Shown here one piece after another: positions 48,423 to 59,317 of a stretch of DNA of 64,000 bases (positions are counted from its first letter, which is position 1; the number at the start of each line of letters is the position of its first letter). The position numbers were made by a program, and so were the translations under genes. The notes under the pieces are model-generated. The model was given only the letters and a program-made list of their open reading frames with translations, had not been told where the DNA came from and did no database searches. This DNA comes from an uncultured Candidatus Binatia bacterium (GTDB lineage Bacteria; Desulfobacterota; Binatia; UBA9968; CAXXLF01): NCBI GenBank assembly GCA_965218425.1, contig OZ244621.1:2176001-2240000 (forward strand). The letters are read 5' to 3'.

Positions 48423-50678
48423 TTATAACATGTTGTAAGGATCCACATCAACGTGGAGGCGGACCCTGCCACCGGTATTAAGGGATCTCGCGTAATGGGC
48501 CAGCTTGAATAGATGAGGTCCCTTGTTTCCCTTGAGCAGGATCTGCCATCGGTAGCGATTGCGAAGCTTTTCGATGGGGGCCGGTGCCGGTCCCAAGATC
48601 TCGATCTGTTCCGTTCCCCTGGCATCCTGTTGGTGTTTTCGAAGGTCGTGTCCCATGGAACGGGCCCTGTCCTCCACCTCCTGGGCCTTGGGGCCATCCA
48701 TGCGCAGTTGGACCAAGCGACTAAAGGGGGGGTAGTTCAGGGCCTGTCTGAACTCCATTTCCGAGTTAAAAAAACCGTCGTAATCGTGGGTGGCGGCGAA
48801 TTGGAAGGAGTAGTGGTCGGGTACGAAGGTTTGAAGGATGACCCTTCCTGGCTCCCCGCCTCTCCCAGATCGTCCCGCCACCTGGAGTAGGATCTGAAAG
48901 GTCCGTTCAGCTGCCCGAAAATCCGGGAGATTCAAAGAAAGGTCGGCAAGAATGACCCCCACCAGCGTTACGCCGGCCACATCATGACCCTTCGTGATCA
49001 TTTGGGTTCCCACCAGGATTTCCACTTCGCCTTTTTCCCATTGGCGAAGCAGGCGTTCCTGAGATCCTCTCTTGCCGGTTGTGTCACGATCCATGCGACC
49101 GATCTTAGCGGTGGGGAATAAGCGCACAAGCTCCTCCTCCAGCCTTTCGGTTCCAAAGCCGACGGCTGCAAGGCTCGAGTTGTTGCATTCGGGACATTGA
49201 TCGGTCTGCGGCCTGCGAAAACCGCAGTGGTGACAGAAAACGCTATGTTCCTTTTGGTGCAAAGTGAGGCTGATACTGCAGTGGGGACACCGAATGACAA
49301 ATCCGCAGAGGCCACACAGTAGAAAGTTGGCAAATCCGCGGCGGTTGAGGAAGATCAGGCTTTGCCGTCCAGATGCTTGGTTTGCTTCCAGTGCCTCCTT
49401 CAATTGGGGAGAGAAGAGGCTTGTGGCAGGTGGGGAATCGCTGGACGAAGGTGGTTGATTCCGCAGCTGTTCCCTGAGGTCCACGATTTCCACTCGGGGA
49501 AGAGCCTTTTGCTCCACTCTCCCGGTCAGCTCCAGCAGCTTGTATCGGCCCAGACGACAGTTGTGAAAGCTCTCCACCGATGGAGTGGCAGATCCCAGCA
49601 GCACGGGACAATCAGTGAGTTTGCCTCGTACCACGGCTAGGTCCCTCGCCTGGTAGCGCAGCCCCTCCTCTTGCTTGTAGGACGAATCATGCTCCTCATC
49701 AACTATGATCAGTCCCAGGTCGGGCACCGGGGCAAAAATAGCAGAGCGCGCCCCCACCACCACCGACACCGCGCCTCGGGTGACGCGCCGCCACTGTGCG
49801 GAACGCTCTGCGGACGTGAGCGCGCTATGCAGTATTCCAACCTGTCCTGGAAAACGCTCTTTCAGGCGATCCAATAGTTGAGGGGTTAGGGAAATCTCGG
49901 GGACCAATATCAGGCTGCGTTTCCTATCCCTCCATACTTTTTCCATGGCCCGCATGTAAACCTCGGTTTTCCCGCTGCCCGTAACACCCGATAGCAGGAA
50001 AGTTGCAAAACCGCGGCGCACCAACCTCTCCTCCATGGATTGAAGGGCTGAAGCCTGCTCCCCCGTGAGGGCGAATTCCGGAAGGGAGCTCAACCCCGCC
50101 TCCGATTCCTTGCCTGGCTCTTTATTTATTTCCCTTTTACGATTGGATCGAAGCTTTTCTTCGATCTCTACAGCGCCCGAGGATATGAGGCGGCTGAGAG
50201 CCCGGTAAAATCCACCTCTGGAAAATAGGCGCGCCAGGGTCTTGAGCGGGATCTTTCTGCGCTTCGCCACCACTTCGAAAATCGCTTTCTCCAGCTTTCC
50301 GCCAAGGCTCGGAGACGCTTCACGGAGGACCACCAGTCTTTGACTCTCCAGCCGCAAAATGGGAGGAAGCGCTGCGGACAAAACATCCCCCAAGGGAGCT
50401 ATATAGTAGTTCGAGATCCAACGGCAGAGCCTTAAAATCACTGGATCGAGGACAGGCCGGTCATCCAGCACGGTCAGAATCTCCCGCACCTTCTCAATGG
50501 AGGTTTGCTGAGCGAAATCAAACACTACCCCCGTGATCTTCCGTTTGCCCAGGGGGACCAAAACCCTCATTCCTACTTCTAGACAGCTCTGAAGGGTTGG
50601 AGGAACTTTATAAAGAAGGGGGTCCTTGACTGGAGAGGGAATCACCACCTGAGCAAACCCCTTTCCCGCCTCTTGCAT
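48423..50678 (-). CDS. priA: Primosomal protein N'
   Basis: GVTGSGKTEVY, VPEISLTPQ, DEEH, SATPS, Cys-rich Zn region, GTQMITKGHD, QVAGRSGR, DVDP. Confidence 0.96.
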   Translation of the reverse strand: MQEAGKGFAQVVIPSPVKDPLLYKVPPTLQSCLEVGMRVLVPLGKRKITGVVFDFAQQTSIEKVREILTVLDDRPVLDPVILRLCRWISNYYIAPLGDVLSAALPPILRLESQRLVVLREASPSLGGKLEKAIFEVVAKRRKIPLKTLARLFSRGGFYRALSRLISSGAVEIEEKLRSNRKREINKEPGKESEAGLSSLPEFALTGEQASALQSMEERLVRRGFATFLLSGVTGSGKTEVYMRAMEKVWRDRKRSLILVPEISLTPQLLDRLKERFPGQVGILHSALTSAERSAQWRRVTRGAVSVVVGARSAIFAPVPDLGLIIVDEEHDSSYKQEEGLRYQARDLAVVRGKLTDCPVLLGSATPSVESFHNCRLGRYKLLELTGRVEQKALPRVEIVDLREQLRNQPPSSSDSPPATSLFSPQLKEALEANQASGRQSLIFLNRRGFANFLLCGLCGFVIRCPHCSISLTLHQKEHSVFCHHCGFRRPQTDQCPECNNSSLAAVGFGTERLEEELVRLFPTAKIGRMDRDTTGKRGSQERLLRQWEKGEVEILVGTQMITKGHDVAGVTLVGVILADLSLNLPDFRAAERTFQILLQVAGRSGRGGEPGRVILQTFVPDHYSFQFAATHDYDGFFNSEMEFRQALNYPPFSRLVQLRMDGPKAQEVEDRARSMGHDLRKHQQDARGTEQIEILGPAPAPIEKLRNRYRWQILLKGNKGPHLFKLAHYARSLNTGGRVRLHVDVDPYNML

Positions 50679-50725
50679 GTCTGCACTTTTATCCCCCCAG
50701 ACTCGGAAAAGCAACATGGAATCGG

Positions 50726-51148
50726 GTGCTTGGCGATGCTGAAACCCCATCCTCGGGTACCACTAACATTGCCAGTGGCAGTGGATCGGCGGCGGGAGCC
50801 GCAGTGGCTGCGGAATCGGTGAGCGTGGGAATTATACTCTCCGTTACCCCGCAGATGTCTAACGACGGATTCATCCTGCTCAACAGCTACGTCAAGTCAA
50901 GTTCTCTGGGGACACAGACCTCTGGGTCTGCCATCCCCGACGAGCTCAGCCGAGAGGCCCTTTCTAACGTGCTGATACGAGACGGGGATACGGTGGTCGT
51001 CGGGGGAATCATGAAGGATACCCGAGAGGAATCCTGGGGTGGCGTCCCCTATTTGAAAGAAATCCCTGTAATTGGCTGGTTGTTCAAGCGGATCAGGTGT
51101 CACGGGACTTCGGAGAGCTTATGGTATTTATTACTCTCCGTACGATGA
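50726..51148 (+). pseudogene. pilQ: C-terminal remnant of type IV pilus secretin PilQ
   Basis: GIILSVTPQM, VLIRDGDTVVVGGI, GVPYLKEIPVIGWLFK. The terminal ELMVFIT motif is in another frame and the N-terminal domains are absent. Confidence 0.8.
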
Positions 51149-51451
51149 TGGCGGATGCGGCAGACCTGCCCGGTGCGGAACAGCTCTGGCGCAATTCCTT
51201 CAGTAAGACTGAAGGAAGTCATGTCGTTATGCCCACGGGCCCCTAGCGGGACTCGGATCCCCGTCTTAGCACCTCTATTAGTCAGTTTGCCCGCACGCCG
51301 AACTCCAGAAGAGCATGCCCGTGGTGCGGGGTTTTGTCCCATTCAAAATCCCGGTGATTGGTACTGTGCGGATCCAAATTCAGGTTGAAAGAACTACCAC
51401 CGCAGGTGCGAGTTCATGTGTCCATGGATGCTTCGTTGACCCTGCTTCTTG

Positions 51452-51530
51452 GGGTTGAGGGCCTCGCAACCACCGCTAAATCCCTTCCCACCGCATAGTC
51501 ACGCGGCGGTCGAGACCCTCGTGCCAACCC
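51452..51530. repeat. Imperfect hairpin upstream of aroC
   Basis: GGGTTG/CAACCC, GAGGGCCTCG/CGAGACCCTC, ACCACCGC/GCGGCGGT, nested. Confidence 0.5.
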
Positions 51531-51584
51531 TGAATAATGCTGCGCGGGGTGGAGTCGCCGACCGGATTAGGGTAAGATTAGGCC

Positions 51585-52781
51585 ATGTTACGTTACTTCA
51601 CCGCCGGTGAATCCCACGGCCCCTGCCTGACCGTCATCATCGACGGTGTGCCGGCCGGATTCCCCATTGATGTAGAGAAGATCAATTTCGACCTCTGGCG
51701 ACGTCAGCAGGGATACGGTCGTGGCGGACGGATGCTGATCGAAAAGGACGAGGTCCAAATCCGGTCCGGTATCCGCTGGGGGGAAACCTTGGGATCGCCT
51801 GTGGCCCTGGGGATAGAAAATCGGGACTGGAAGAACTGGACCAAGAAAATGTCTCCACGCCCCGGGGATAGGGACGAGTCCATTGTGGTAACCAAACCCC
51901 GTCCAGGGCATGCGGACCTCGCAGGCGTTCTCAAGTACGGCCAATCTGACGTGCGAAATATCTTGGAGCGAGCCAGCGCCAGGGATACTGTTTCTCGTAC
52001 CACGGTGGGCTCATTTTGTAAGCAGTTGCTGGAACCCTTCGGCATCAAAGTTATGGGCTATATTCGCTCTTTAGGGGGCGTGGAGGCCGAAATTGAGGGG
52101 CTTACCTATGAAGAGATCTTTCAAAGGGCTGAGGAGTCCCCAGTACGGGTGGCTGACAAAGAAGCCGAGGCGAAAATGATTTCCCTAATCGATGAATGCA
52201 AAAAGCAGGGCGATACTCTGGGAGGCGTTTTCGAAGTCGTAGCCGTGGGGGTTCCGCCGGGTCTTGGGAGTTATACCCAATGGGACCGCAAGCTGGATGG
52301 TCGGTTGGCCCGTGCCCTTATGAGTATCCAAGCCATTAAAGGGGTTGAGATTGGTATTGGATTCGAGGGGGCTCGCCGCAGGGGCTCCCAGGTCCATGAC
52401 GAGATTTTTTTCGACCTCAAAGGAAAGCTCTCTGAAAAGACACCGAGAGTCGGTCCCACCGGTTTTTACCGCGGCAGCAATAATTCAGGAGGAACAGAAG
52501 GGGGCATGTCCAATGGTGCGCCCCTGGTGGCCCATGTGGCTATGAAGCCCATTTCCACCCTCATGAGCCCCCTCCAATCGGTGGATATTAGATCGAAACA
52601 ACCCGTGGATGCGTCAGTGGAACGCTCGGACGTCTGCGCCGCCCCTGCCGCCGCAGTGGTGGGAGAGTCCGTGGTGGCCTTTGAGCTGGCCCTTGCCTTT
52701 CTGGAGAAAATGGGTGGGGACTCTCTGGATGAAATCATGCGAAACTACCAGGGTTATCTGGAACAGATCAAGAGCATCTAA
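51585..52781 (+). CDS. aroC: Chorismate synthase
   Basis: TAGESHG, RRQQGYGRGGRM, PRPGHAD, ERASAR, GGTEGGMSNG, MKPIST, ERSD. Confidence 0.97.
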   Translation: MLRYFTAGESHGPCLTVIIDGVPAGFPIDVEKINFDLWRRQQGYGRGGRMLIEKDEVQIRSGIRWGETLGSPVALGIENRDWKNWTKKMSPRPGDRDESIVVTKPRPGHADLAGVLKYGQSDVRNILERASARDTVSRTTVGSFCKQLLEPFGIKVMGYIRSLGGVEAEIEGLTYEEIFQRAEESPVRVADKEAEAKMISLIDECKKQGDTLGGVFEVVAVGVPPGLGSYTQWDRKLDGRLARALMSIQAIKGVEIGIGFEGARRRGSQVHDEIFFDLKGKLSEKTPRVGPTGFYRGSNNSGGTEGGMSNGAPLVAHVAMKPISTLMSPLQSVDIRSKQPVDASVERSDVCAAPAAAVVGESVVAFELALAFLEKMGGDSLDEIMRNYQGYLEQIKSI

Positions 52782-52785
52782 CCCT

Positions 52786-53325
52786 TTGTCTAAAGACCTA
52801 AACAAGAACATTGCAATAACCGGTTTTATGGCCGTCGGGAAGAGCGTGGTGGGCCGGATGTTGGCCCAAAGGCTCAAGCGACCCTTTGTGGATCTGGATC
52901 ATGCCATCGAAGGTCGCGAGGGAAGCAAGGTGGCGGATATTTTCAAACTCAAGGGTGAGGCCTACTTTCGGAAACTCGAGAAAGAAACTCTTGAGGAGGT
53001 TTTGAACCAAGACGGACAGGTCATTGCTACCGGCGGGGGCGCCGTTACGGATAAGGAAAACCTCCAGTTGCTCAAAACAAAAAGCGTACTGGTTTGTTTA
53101 ACCGCCTCGCTTGAAAAATTGCGCCAGCGGTCAGGACGCGCGAATCATCGTCCTCTCTTGGAAGGAACCCATCGATTGCAGCGGATCAAAGAACTATTGC
53201 AACATCGGGAAGAGGCCTATCGCCAATCCCATGTCAGTATCGACACTGACCACCTCCCGGTGGCGAAGGTGGTGGATGAGATTATCAAGGCAGTAAAATT
53301 ATCAGTAACGAGTACTGAGGACTGA
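52786..53325 (+). CDS. aroK: Shikimate kinase
   Basis: GFMAVGKS, DLD, GEAYFRKLE, ATGGG, RPLL; TTG start inferred. Confidence 0.93.
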   Translation: MSKDLNKNIAITGFMAVGKSVVGRMLAQRLKRPFVDLDHAIEGREGSKVADIFKLKGEAYFRKLEKETLEEVLNQDGQVIATGGGAVTDKENLQLLKTKSVLVCLTASLEKLRQRSGRANHRPLLEGTHRLQRIKELLQHREEAYRQSHVSIDTDHLPVAKVVDEIIKAVKLSVTSTED

Positions 53326-53569
53326 GCCAGGCAGCAAGGCGCGTAGGGCAGAGCGCAAAGCATGGAAAGCAGGAGGTGGGGAACAGCAGGCAATCAGCAG
53401 ACAAGACGGTTATCAAGCGTTAGACAGAACCATTGTTAAGCGCTCGGACACGAAAAGAGAGGATCTGATTTTAACTTATCGCTCGACACTAATTCACTGA
53501 ACGCTGTGCACTTAGCGCCCTGTGCTATGCCACTAGAGATGAAAGCTGATGGCTGACAGCTAATAGCTT

Positions 53570-54646
53570 ATGCAAACTCTCACAGTCAACCTGGGTGACC
53601 GCTCCTATCCCATCTATTTAGGGAAGGGAATTCTTGCTCAAACCGGTGAGCTCATGAAGCGGGCCGGTTGTGGGGAAAAGGTTGGTATCGTGACGAATCC
53701 CACGGTGGGCAAACTCTATCTCGAACCCCTTCAGGAGGCCCTTTGCAACGCAGGGTACGCCGTGACTTCCGTTATGGTTCCTGATGGAGAAGAGCATAAG
53801 AGTTTGAATTCTCTCTCTGCCATCTATGACCAGCTGATCCATGGGAGGTTCGAGCGCAGTTCTTCCCTGATTGCATTGGGAGGTGGAGTAGTGGGTGATC
53901 TGGCGGGATTTGCCGCCGCCACATTTCTTAGGGGGATACCCTACGTTCAGATTCCAACCACTCTTTTGGCTCAAGTGGATGCCAGCGTAGGGGGGAAGAC
54001 CGCAATCAATCACCCCGAGGGAAAGAATCTCATTGGGGCCTTTTACCAACCCAAGCTGGTGGTGGCGGACATAAGTGTTTTACAGACGCTGCCAAAAAGG
54101 GAGCTGGCGGCGGGTTTGGCCGAGGTGATCAAGTACGGAATTATCCAGGACCCCGAGCTGTTTTCGCTCTTGGAAGGCCATGTTGAAGACTTGCTAGGTC
54201 TCGATGAGAAAATACTACACAAGGCTGTGGCCGCCTCTTGCGCCATCAAGGCCATGGTGGTGGAAAAGGATGAGCGTGAGGAGGATCTTCGCGCCATCCT
54301 CAATTTTGGCCATACCGTTGGCCATGCACTGGAGTCTCAAACAGGATACGAGAGACTCCTGCACGGCGAGGCGGTGGCCATTGGCATGGCAAAGGCCGCC
54401 ACCATTTCCGTCCGGGAAGGCTACTGCGATGATGCAAGCGTGACACGCATCCACCACCTGATCAAAAGGTCGGGGCTTCCTACGGAGCTACCCTCTGATA
54501 TCAGGCTTGAGGATCTCGTTAGGAGGATGGAAGTCGATAAGAAATCTGGGGCTGGAAAGATCAAGTTCGTTCTGTGTGGAGGTATAGGAAAGTTCCTTTT
54601 CCACCGGCTCTCGCCCGAGGAGATTAGAAACCGGCTGAGTCACTAA
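53570..54646 (+). CDS. aroB: 3-dehydroquinate synthase
   Basis: PDGEEHKS, GGGVVGDLAGF, PTTLLAQVDASVGGKT, LNFGHTVGHA, HGEAV. Confidence 0.97.
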   Translation: MQTLTVNLGDRSYPIYLGKGILAQTGELMKRAGCGEKVGIVTNPTVGKLYLEPLQEALCNAGYAVTSVMVPDGEEHKSLNSLSAIYDQLIHGRFERSSSLIALGGGVVGDLAGFAAATFLRGIPYVQIPTTLLAQVDASVGGKTAINHPEGKNLIGAFYQPKLVVADISVLQTLPKRELAAGLAEVIKYGIIQDPELFSLLEGHVEDLLGLDEKILHKAVAASCAIKAMVVEKDEREEDLRAILNFGHTVGHALESQTGYERLLHGEAVAIGMAKAATISVREGYCDDASVTRIHHLIKRSGLPTELPSDIRLEDLVRRMEVDKKSGAGKIKFVLCGGIGKFLFHRLSPEEIRNRLSH

Positions 54647-54659
54647 CTTTTTCACGATC

Positions 54660-55184
54660 ATGAAGTCACGGTTTTCCAGCGCTTCAGATTTTGCAAACCT
54701 TGCTGAACGGCTACGACAGGAGGGACGGCTGCATGAGGCCCTTGCAGTGGTTGACCGGTGCCTTAAGGATAGTCCCGGCCACCCCCGTGGGCTTTTGCTC
54801 CAGAGCAGGATCCTTTACCTAGCCGGCATGTACGCCCGGAGCCTACGAGTCCTCAGCTCCTTGGAACGGATTATAGGCAGTGAAGAGGGGCTGAGGCGGA
54901 TTAAGAAAGGCCTGGAAGGTTTATGGCAGGAACCTAAACCGAAGATTGCTCCGGCATTTGTCACCGAGACCATGGCGGAGCTTCATATAAGGCAAGGCTA
55001 TCTTTGGGAAGCTATGGAGATCTATCGCCAACTCTATGTGGCTTCGCCACAAGGTGAACTGTGGCAGAAAATCCTTCAACTCAGATCCCGTTTAGAGCCT
55101 GGAGCTGAGGATACGGAGGAGGGCAAGGTGGATGAGCGTTTGGAAGCGCTGAATCGATGGATAGAAAACCAAAAAAGGGACTGA
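54660..55184 (+). CDS. TPR-like protein
   Basis: Helical TPR pattern and ETMAELHIRQG motif; sits between aroB and aroQ. Confidence 0.7.
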   Translation: MKSRFSSASDFANLAERLRQEGRLHEALAVVDRCLKDSPGHPRGLLLQSRILYLAGMYARSLRVLSSLERIIGSEEGLRRIKKGLEGLWQEPKPKIAPAFVTETMAELHIRQGYLWEAMEIYRQLYVASPQGELWQKILQLRSRLEPGAEDTEEGKVDERLEALNRWIENQKRD

Positions 55185-55187
55185 TAC

Positions 55188-55634
55188 ATGGCTGGCAGTA
55201 AAAAGAAAAAGGTCCTTGTACTACACGGACCCAATTTGAACTTGCTTGGTAAAAGGGAGCCGGAGATTTACGGTCCACTGACCTTGGATCAAGTCAACCG
55301 AAGGATCCAAAGCCTTGCGAAGGAACTAAACGTTCAGGTGCAAACCCGGCAGTCCAACTACGAAGGGGAGCTGGTCACCTGGATTCAGGAGTCTCCCAAA
55401 GAATACGACGCCCTAGTGATCAATGCCGCAGCGTATACTCACTCCGGCGTGGCATTGAGAGACGCATTACTGGCGGTGGAGATACCGGCCGTCGAAGTCC
55501 ACTTGTCTAATATTTACAAGCGGGAAGAGTTTCGTCGAAGGTCTTTGATCGCCGACGCGGTGGTTGGACAAATTAGCGGATTTGGAGTGCAAAGCTATCT
55601 TCTGGGACTTAGGGCTGCCGCAGAATCCATTTGA
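55188..55634 (+). CDS. aroQ: Type II 3-dehydroquinate dehydratase
   Basis: LHGPNLNLLGKREPEIYG, QSNYEG, INAAAYTH, EVHLSN. Confidence 0.96.
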   Translation: MAGSKKKKVLVLHGPNLNLLGKREPEIYGPLTLDQVNRRIQSLAKELNVQVQTRQSNYEGELVTWIQESPKEYDALVINAAAYTHSGVALRDALLAVEIPAVEVHLSNIYKREEFRRRSLIADAVVGQISGFGVQSYLLGLRAAAESI

Positions 55635-55687
55635 TCAGGAGAGATGGATCCCTCACCCAACTCAGTTTAGCAGGCCGCAGATTTACA

Positions 55688-56203
55688 TCATTCCAGGAAC
55701 GGTGAGGCCGTGTTGAAATTCTTACGTCTCATTTCCTGGATTAGTCTATCCCGTTTATTCTCCAAGGCCAGGATCTGCCCTCTCAACTGGCTAAGTTTTT
55801 TCTCTTTTGGGCTGTAGGGGGTTAGAGGGGTACGTACCCTTGAGGGGACGGCTGCCCTTTTCTCCGGAACTCCGCCCTCTGAAACTTCATTTGAGCCCTT
55901 GGGAGGGGTGTTCTCACTGGCCTCCCGTCTTGTGACCGTTGGCTGAATCCTATTAGAACCGTGGACCACCATCCCTTTTTCTTCATCGGCCCCAGGATCG
56001 ATGATGGCTTCGATCTGGTCTTTCGCGATACCGAATTTCCCGCCCGTACCACGAACCTTGATCATTTCGCCCACTTCCCGGTGGCTCTTTACAGTGAAGC
56101 GCCTACCGTTTTTCAAGACAATGGTGTAGTTGGCAAACAGGATGCCCGTCCAGCAAAATACCAGGGCAGGGCTGAGAGGAAGGGCTCTTTTGATTAAAAT
56201 CAT
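55688..56203 (-). CDS. Hypothetical exported protein
   Basis: Signal-like N-terminus, YTIVLKNGR beta motif and a C-terminal coiled coil. Confidence 0.55.
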   Translation of the reverse strand: MILIKRALPLSPALVFCWTGILFANYTIVLKNGRRFTVKSHREVGEMIKVRGTGGKFGIAKDQIEAIIDPGADEEKGMVVHGSNRIQPTVTRREASENTPPKGSNEVSEGGVPEKRAAVPSRVRTPLTPYSPKEKKLSQLRGQILALENKRDRLIQEMRRKNFNTASPFLE

Positions 56204-56593
56204 AACAATGTTCTATTACATCACTTCTTACGGAGGCAAATTGCGATTTTTGCTCACGAGTCATCAAACGTTTACTCCTCGTGGAATTCATGTTATTTTT
56301 TCAGCCGTTTGTATTGCTCCATGTAAGGGCTGATTTTTCGTGAAATTTATTATGAACCTGCGTGTCGAATAGGTTTCTTGCCCTTGTTTTATTTCTCATA
56401 GCGATCCTCTTGCATTCTGAAGAATCATGGGGGCCGAGCCAAAGGTGAGCATAACCTCCCCTAAGGATGGATCACAGATTAACCAAGACAAGCACATGGT
56501 TCTGGTCACGGGTAAGGTGTCAACCTGTGGAGGCTTCATTTTGATTTTTTATCCTTATCCGTATAATCATGATAATCAGCGTCTGTAGAATGT

Positions 56594-57003
56594 GTCGTTG
56601 TCCTGGGCGCCACCAATCGCCCCGATATGATCGATCCCGCGCTGCTCCGTCCAGGACGATTCGACGAGATCGTATACGTCCCGATTCCAGACCCCACGGC
56701 GAAGGTGGAAATATTTCGCTCTCATACCCGGGGGATGGCCCTCGACGCTGACGTCAACTTGGAAAAGCTGACTGAAATCACGGATCGGTTTGCGGCGCGG
56801 ACATTGCCGGTGTGTGCATGAAGGCAGGACTCTCCGCCCTGCGGGAAAATCCTGAGGCAAAGCGGGTGACCATGGAGCACTTCTTCCGTGCTATTAAAGA
56901 GGCCCTCCCGTCCGTGACCGAAGAGATGGAAAAGGAGTATGAAAAACTGGCCCGCAAAGTAAAGCGGGAATCCGTGAGTATCGGTTTCAAGCGGGGTGAA
57001 TAA
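56594..57003 (+). pseudogene. C-terminal remnant of a CDC48/VCP-type AAA+ ATPase, frameshifted
   Basis: VVVLGATNRPDMIDPALLRPGRFD...F-(shift near 56795)-GADIAGVCMKAGL...HFFRAIKEALPSV; no Walker motifs. Confidence 0.8.
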
Positions 57004-57078
57004 AGAGTCGGTGCCGACGCTTCTAAAATGATTTAACCAAAGCAGACCGGTGGAGAACGCCGCCCACGTTTCCTGGGG

Positions 57079-57867
57079 TTGAAAGAAACCGCGTTCCGGC
57101 AAAAGCGACGTGCCCGTTTTTTACAGGAACCGGCAGTGACATTTAGCGAAGGCGAAGCGCAAAAGTCCAGAGCCCTGGTTGTGATGGCGAAGTCTCCACG
57201 CGAAGGGGAAGTGAAGACGCGCCTGTGTCCTCCTTTGACTCTCGCTCAGGCATCAACTTTTCATGAATGCTTACTGATGGACACTGTGGCAAAAATGGAG
57301 CGGTGCCTCTCGGCCCGGCTCTGGATCGCCTTCGCCCCCGACGGGGATGAGTATTTTCGAAGCGCCTTTGGTGAAAGAGCAAAGTTGATGTCTCAGCGGG
57401 GAAGAGACCTCGGTGAAAGGATGCATCATATCTTTGTCGACCTCTCCCAATTAGGTTACCGGGAGATCGTTGTCTTGGGCAGCGACATTCCCACCATGCC
57501 GGTCTCGTCGGTGGAGCAGGCTTTTCATGTGCTCGGTAGCAACGTGAAGGACGTGGTCTTGGGGCCCGCCGGTGATGGAGGCTACTACCTGGTGGGTCTC
57601 AAGACCCCCGTGGAGGAGATCTTCCACGGGATCTCCTGGAGTAACCCGGTCGTTTTAAGGAGTACGGTGCAACGAATCTCTCATCTTGGACTTAAGCTGA
57701 CTTTGCTTCCCTTGGCCTACGATATTGATTTGGCGGAAGATCTCGAGAGGCTTTGGAGCGACTTTGCAAGGTCTCCAGCGTTATGTGAGGAAGTCCCGAA
57801 AACCTATGCGTTTCTAGTGGACTTCTTCGGGAGTAGGCCAAGGACTCCTCCGGCATTGGATGATTAG
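57079..57867 (+). CDS. DUF2064 / TIGR04282-family glycosyltransferase-like protein
   Basis: MAKSP..GEVKTRL, QRGRDLGERM, GSDIP, LGPAGDGGYYLVG, DIDLAEDL; start codon uncertain. Confidence 0.85.
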   Translation: MKETAFRQKRRARFLQEPAVTFSEGEAQKSRALVVMAKSPREGEVKTRLCPPLTLAQASTFHECLLMDTVAKMERCLSARLWIAFAPDGDEYFRSAFGERAKLMSQRGRDLGERMHHIFVDLSQLGYREIVVLGSDIPTMPVSSVEQAFHVLGSNVKDVVLGPAGDGGYYLVGLKTPVEEIFHGISWSNPVVLRSTVQRISHLGLKLTLLPLAYDIDLAEDLERLWSDFARSPALCEEVPKTYAFLVDFFGSRPRTPPALDD

Positions 57868-57876
57868 GTTGAAAGT

Positions 57877-58310
57877 ATGCTCATGAGTAATTCTACCCAA
57901 AGCAACAATGTGGATCGGACCTCAAATAATACCGATCTTATTGCCTTGGTTCGTGACATCAGTGCGCGAAAGCGGGTAATGCGATCATCGCAAACCTCAA
58001 CCGTGAATCTCTGTTCTCCGCAGTAGCCCAGGCTCTGCGCGAAATCCTCAACTTTGACATGGCCGCCATTTGTCTTCTCGACCGGGAAAAGGATGTAGTT
58101 CGCTTGTTCGCTCTGGAATCGCCGGGCCTGGTCAATCATCTCTTCGACGTTGGGGCTGAGGTTGAGCTCAAGGAAAGCCACGTGGGTTGGGTCTTGGAAA
58201 ACCGCAAACCTCTCCTACGAGCTGATGAGGTGACGGGGAAGTCCTTGCGTGTCGCAAGGTATCGCGGCCATGGAAAAATGGACGCCTTTGAAATTTCCCG
58301 TGCCGCGTAA
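57877..58310 (+). pseudogene. PAS/GAF sensor-domain remnant (FhlA-like)
   Basis: LVRDISARKR (PAC end), then after a shift NAIIANLNRESLFSAVAQALREILNFDMAAICLLD...SHVGWVLENRKPLL; truncated. Confidence 0.6.
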
Positions 58311-58462
58311 CTACGAGTGTTGTAGCAGTGCTGTCAAGGGACTTCCTCAACTTGAACCTTGGAAAGTATTGGTTTCAGTCCTGCTCCCCTATCCCCCGCA
58401 TGGGTATTGACTGGAACTCACGGAGGAGTACAAAGGTTCTAGTGTGTGGGAGGATTTTGCCT

Positions 58463-59107
58463 GTGAAGTTTAAATTAAACTGTGGCGTGTCCTTATTGGT
58501 TCTTTTGTTATTGAGCAGTTGCGCTACGGTGCAAGTGTCGAAGAACGTGCACAGTGGTAGACGAGCCTTAAAGCAATATGAGCCCAGAGAAGCCTTGACC
58601 CACTTTGAGGCGGCGGCGCGCGTCGATCCTGACTATACGACCCGGTTTACTCTTTTGAATACAGGAATCTGGACCTATGTGGGTAGGGCCTATTACGAGA
58701 CTGGGGAGAAGGAAAAGGCGTTGGAAAGCCTGAAGCGGGCAAAGGAGAGTCCCGACAAAGACTATTTTGCGAGTATTTTTCTTGGCCTGGTTATGGCTCA
58801 GAACGGACGGAGGAAGGACGGAATTACGGAGCTTGAGTCTGGACTAAAGGGATTGGAGTATTGGCTCGACAACATCACCTGGCAAGGCGCCGATGGACAG
58901 TACTGGGATCCGGACGGACACCTGAAAAAAGGGATTGTTGAGATCCGGGGACTGTTACGGGAAGAAAATATCAACATATCAAAGGTCGATGAAAGTGTGC
59001 GATGGTTGGGGAGGGAATTCGAAGAGGAGATAGAGCAGGTTCGGGACGATAAACAGCTTGATCGGGAAGACGACGAGAGAGGACACGACGGTAGGATAAC
59101 AAAATAG
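58463..59107 (+). CDS. TPR-containing lipoprotein
   Basis: GTG start after GGAGGA, lipobox LSSC, TPR pattern YVGRAYYETGEKEKALESLKRA. Confidence 0.75.
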   Translation: MKFKLNCGVSLLVLLLLSSCATVQVSKNVHSGRRALKQYEPREALTHFEAAARVDPDYTTRFTLLNTGIWTYVGRAYYETGEKEKALESLKRAKESPDKDYFASIFLGLVMAQNGRRKDGITELESGLKGLEYWLDNITWQGADGQYWDPDGHLKKGIVEIRGLLREENINISKVDESVRWLGREFEEEIEQVRDDKQLDREDDERGHDGRITK

Positions 59108-59317
59108 CCTCAGTCCACCGGCCATTTTCAACCCAACCATCATTTGTTGTATCCACCACGGAATTAGAGCACTCGGCGTTGCCGGCCCTTGATGACACTG
59201 AGGCTGTTCCGGGGGCTGTTGTTGGGGGTGTGTATGGGCTGTCAGGTGAGCCGTTGGCGCAATGGCCGTAGCGGGACCTTTTGTTTGGCAGGTTTTGCCG
59301 TGTTGAGTTAGGGGGCG

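Noticed and set aside
53330..53569. Degenerate 7-mer runs (for example AGCTGAT-GGCTGAC-AGCTAAT) between aroK and aroB, with similar runs near 45850
   Set aside because: Too short and degenerate to define an array, and no associated gene is visible.
57864..58181. Minus-strand 105-aa ORF
   Set aside because: Antisense shadow of the plus-strand PAS/GAF remnant.
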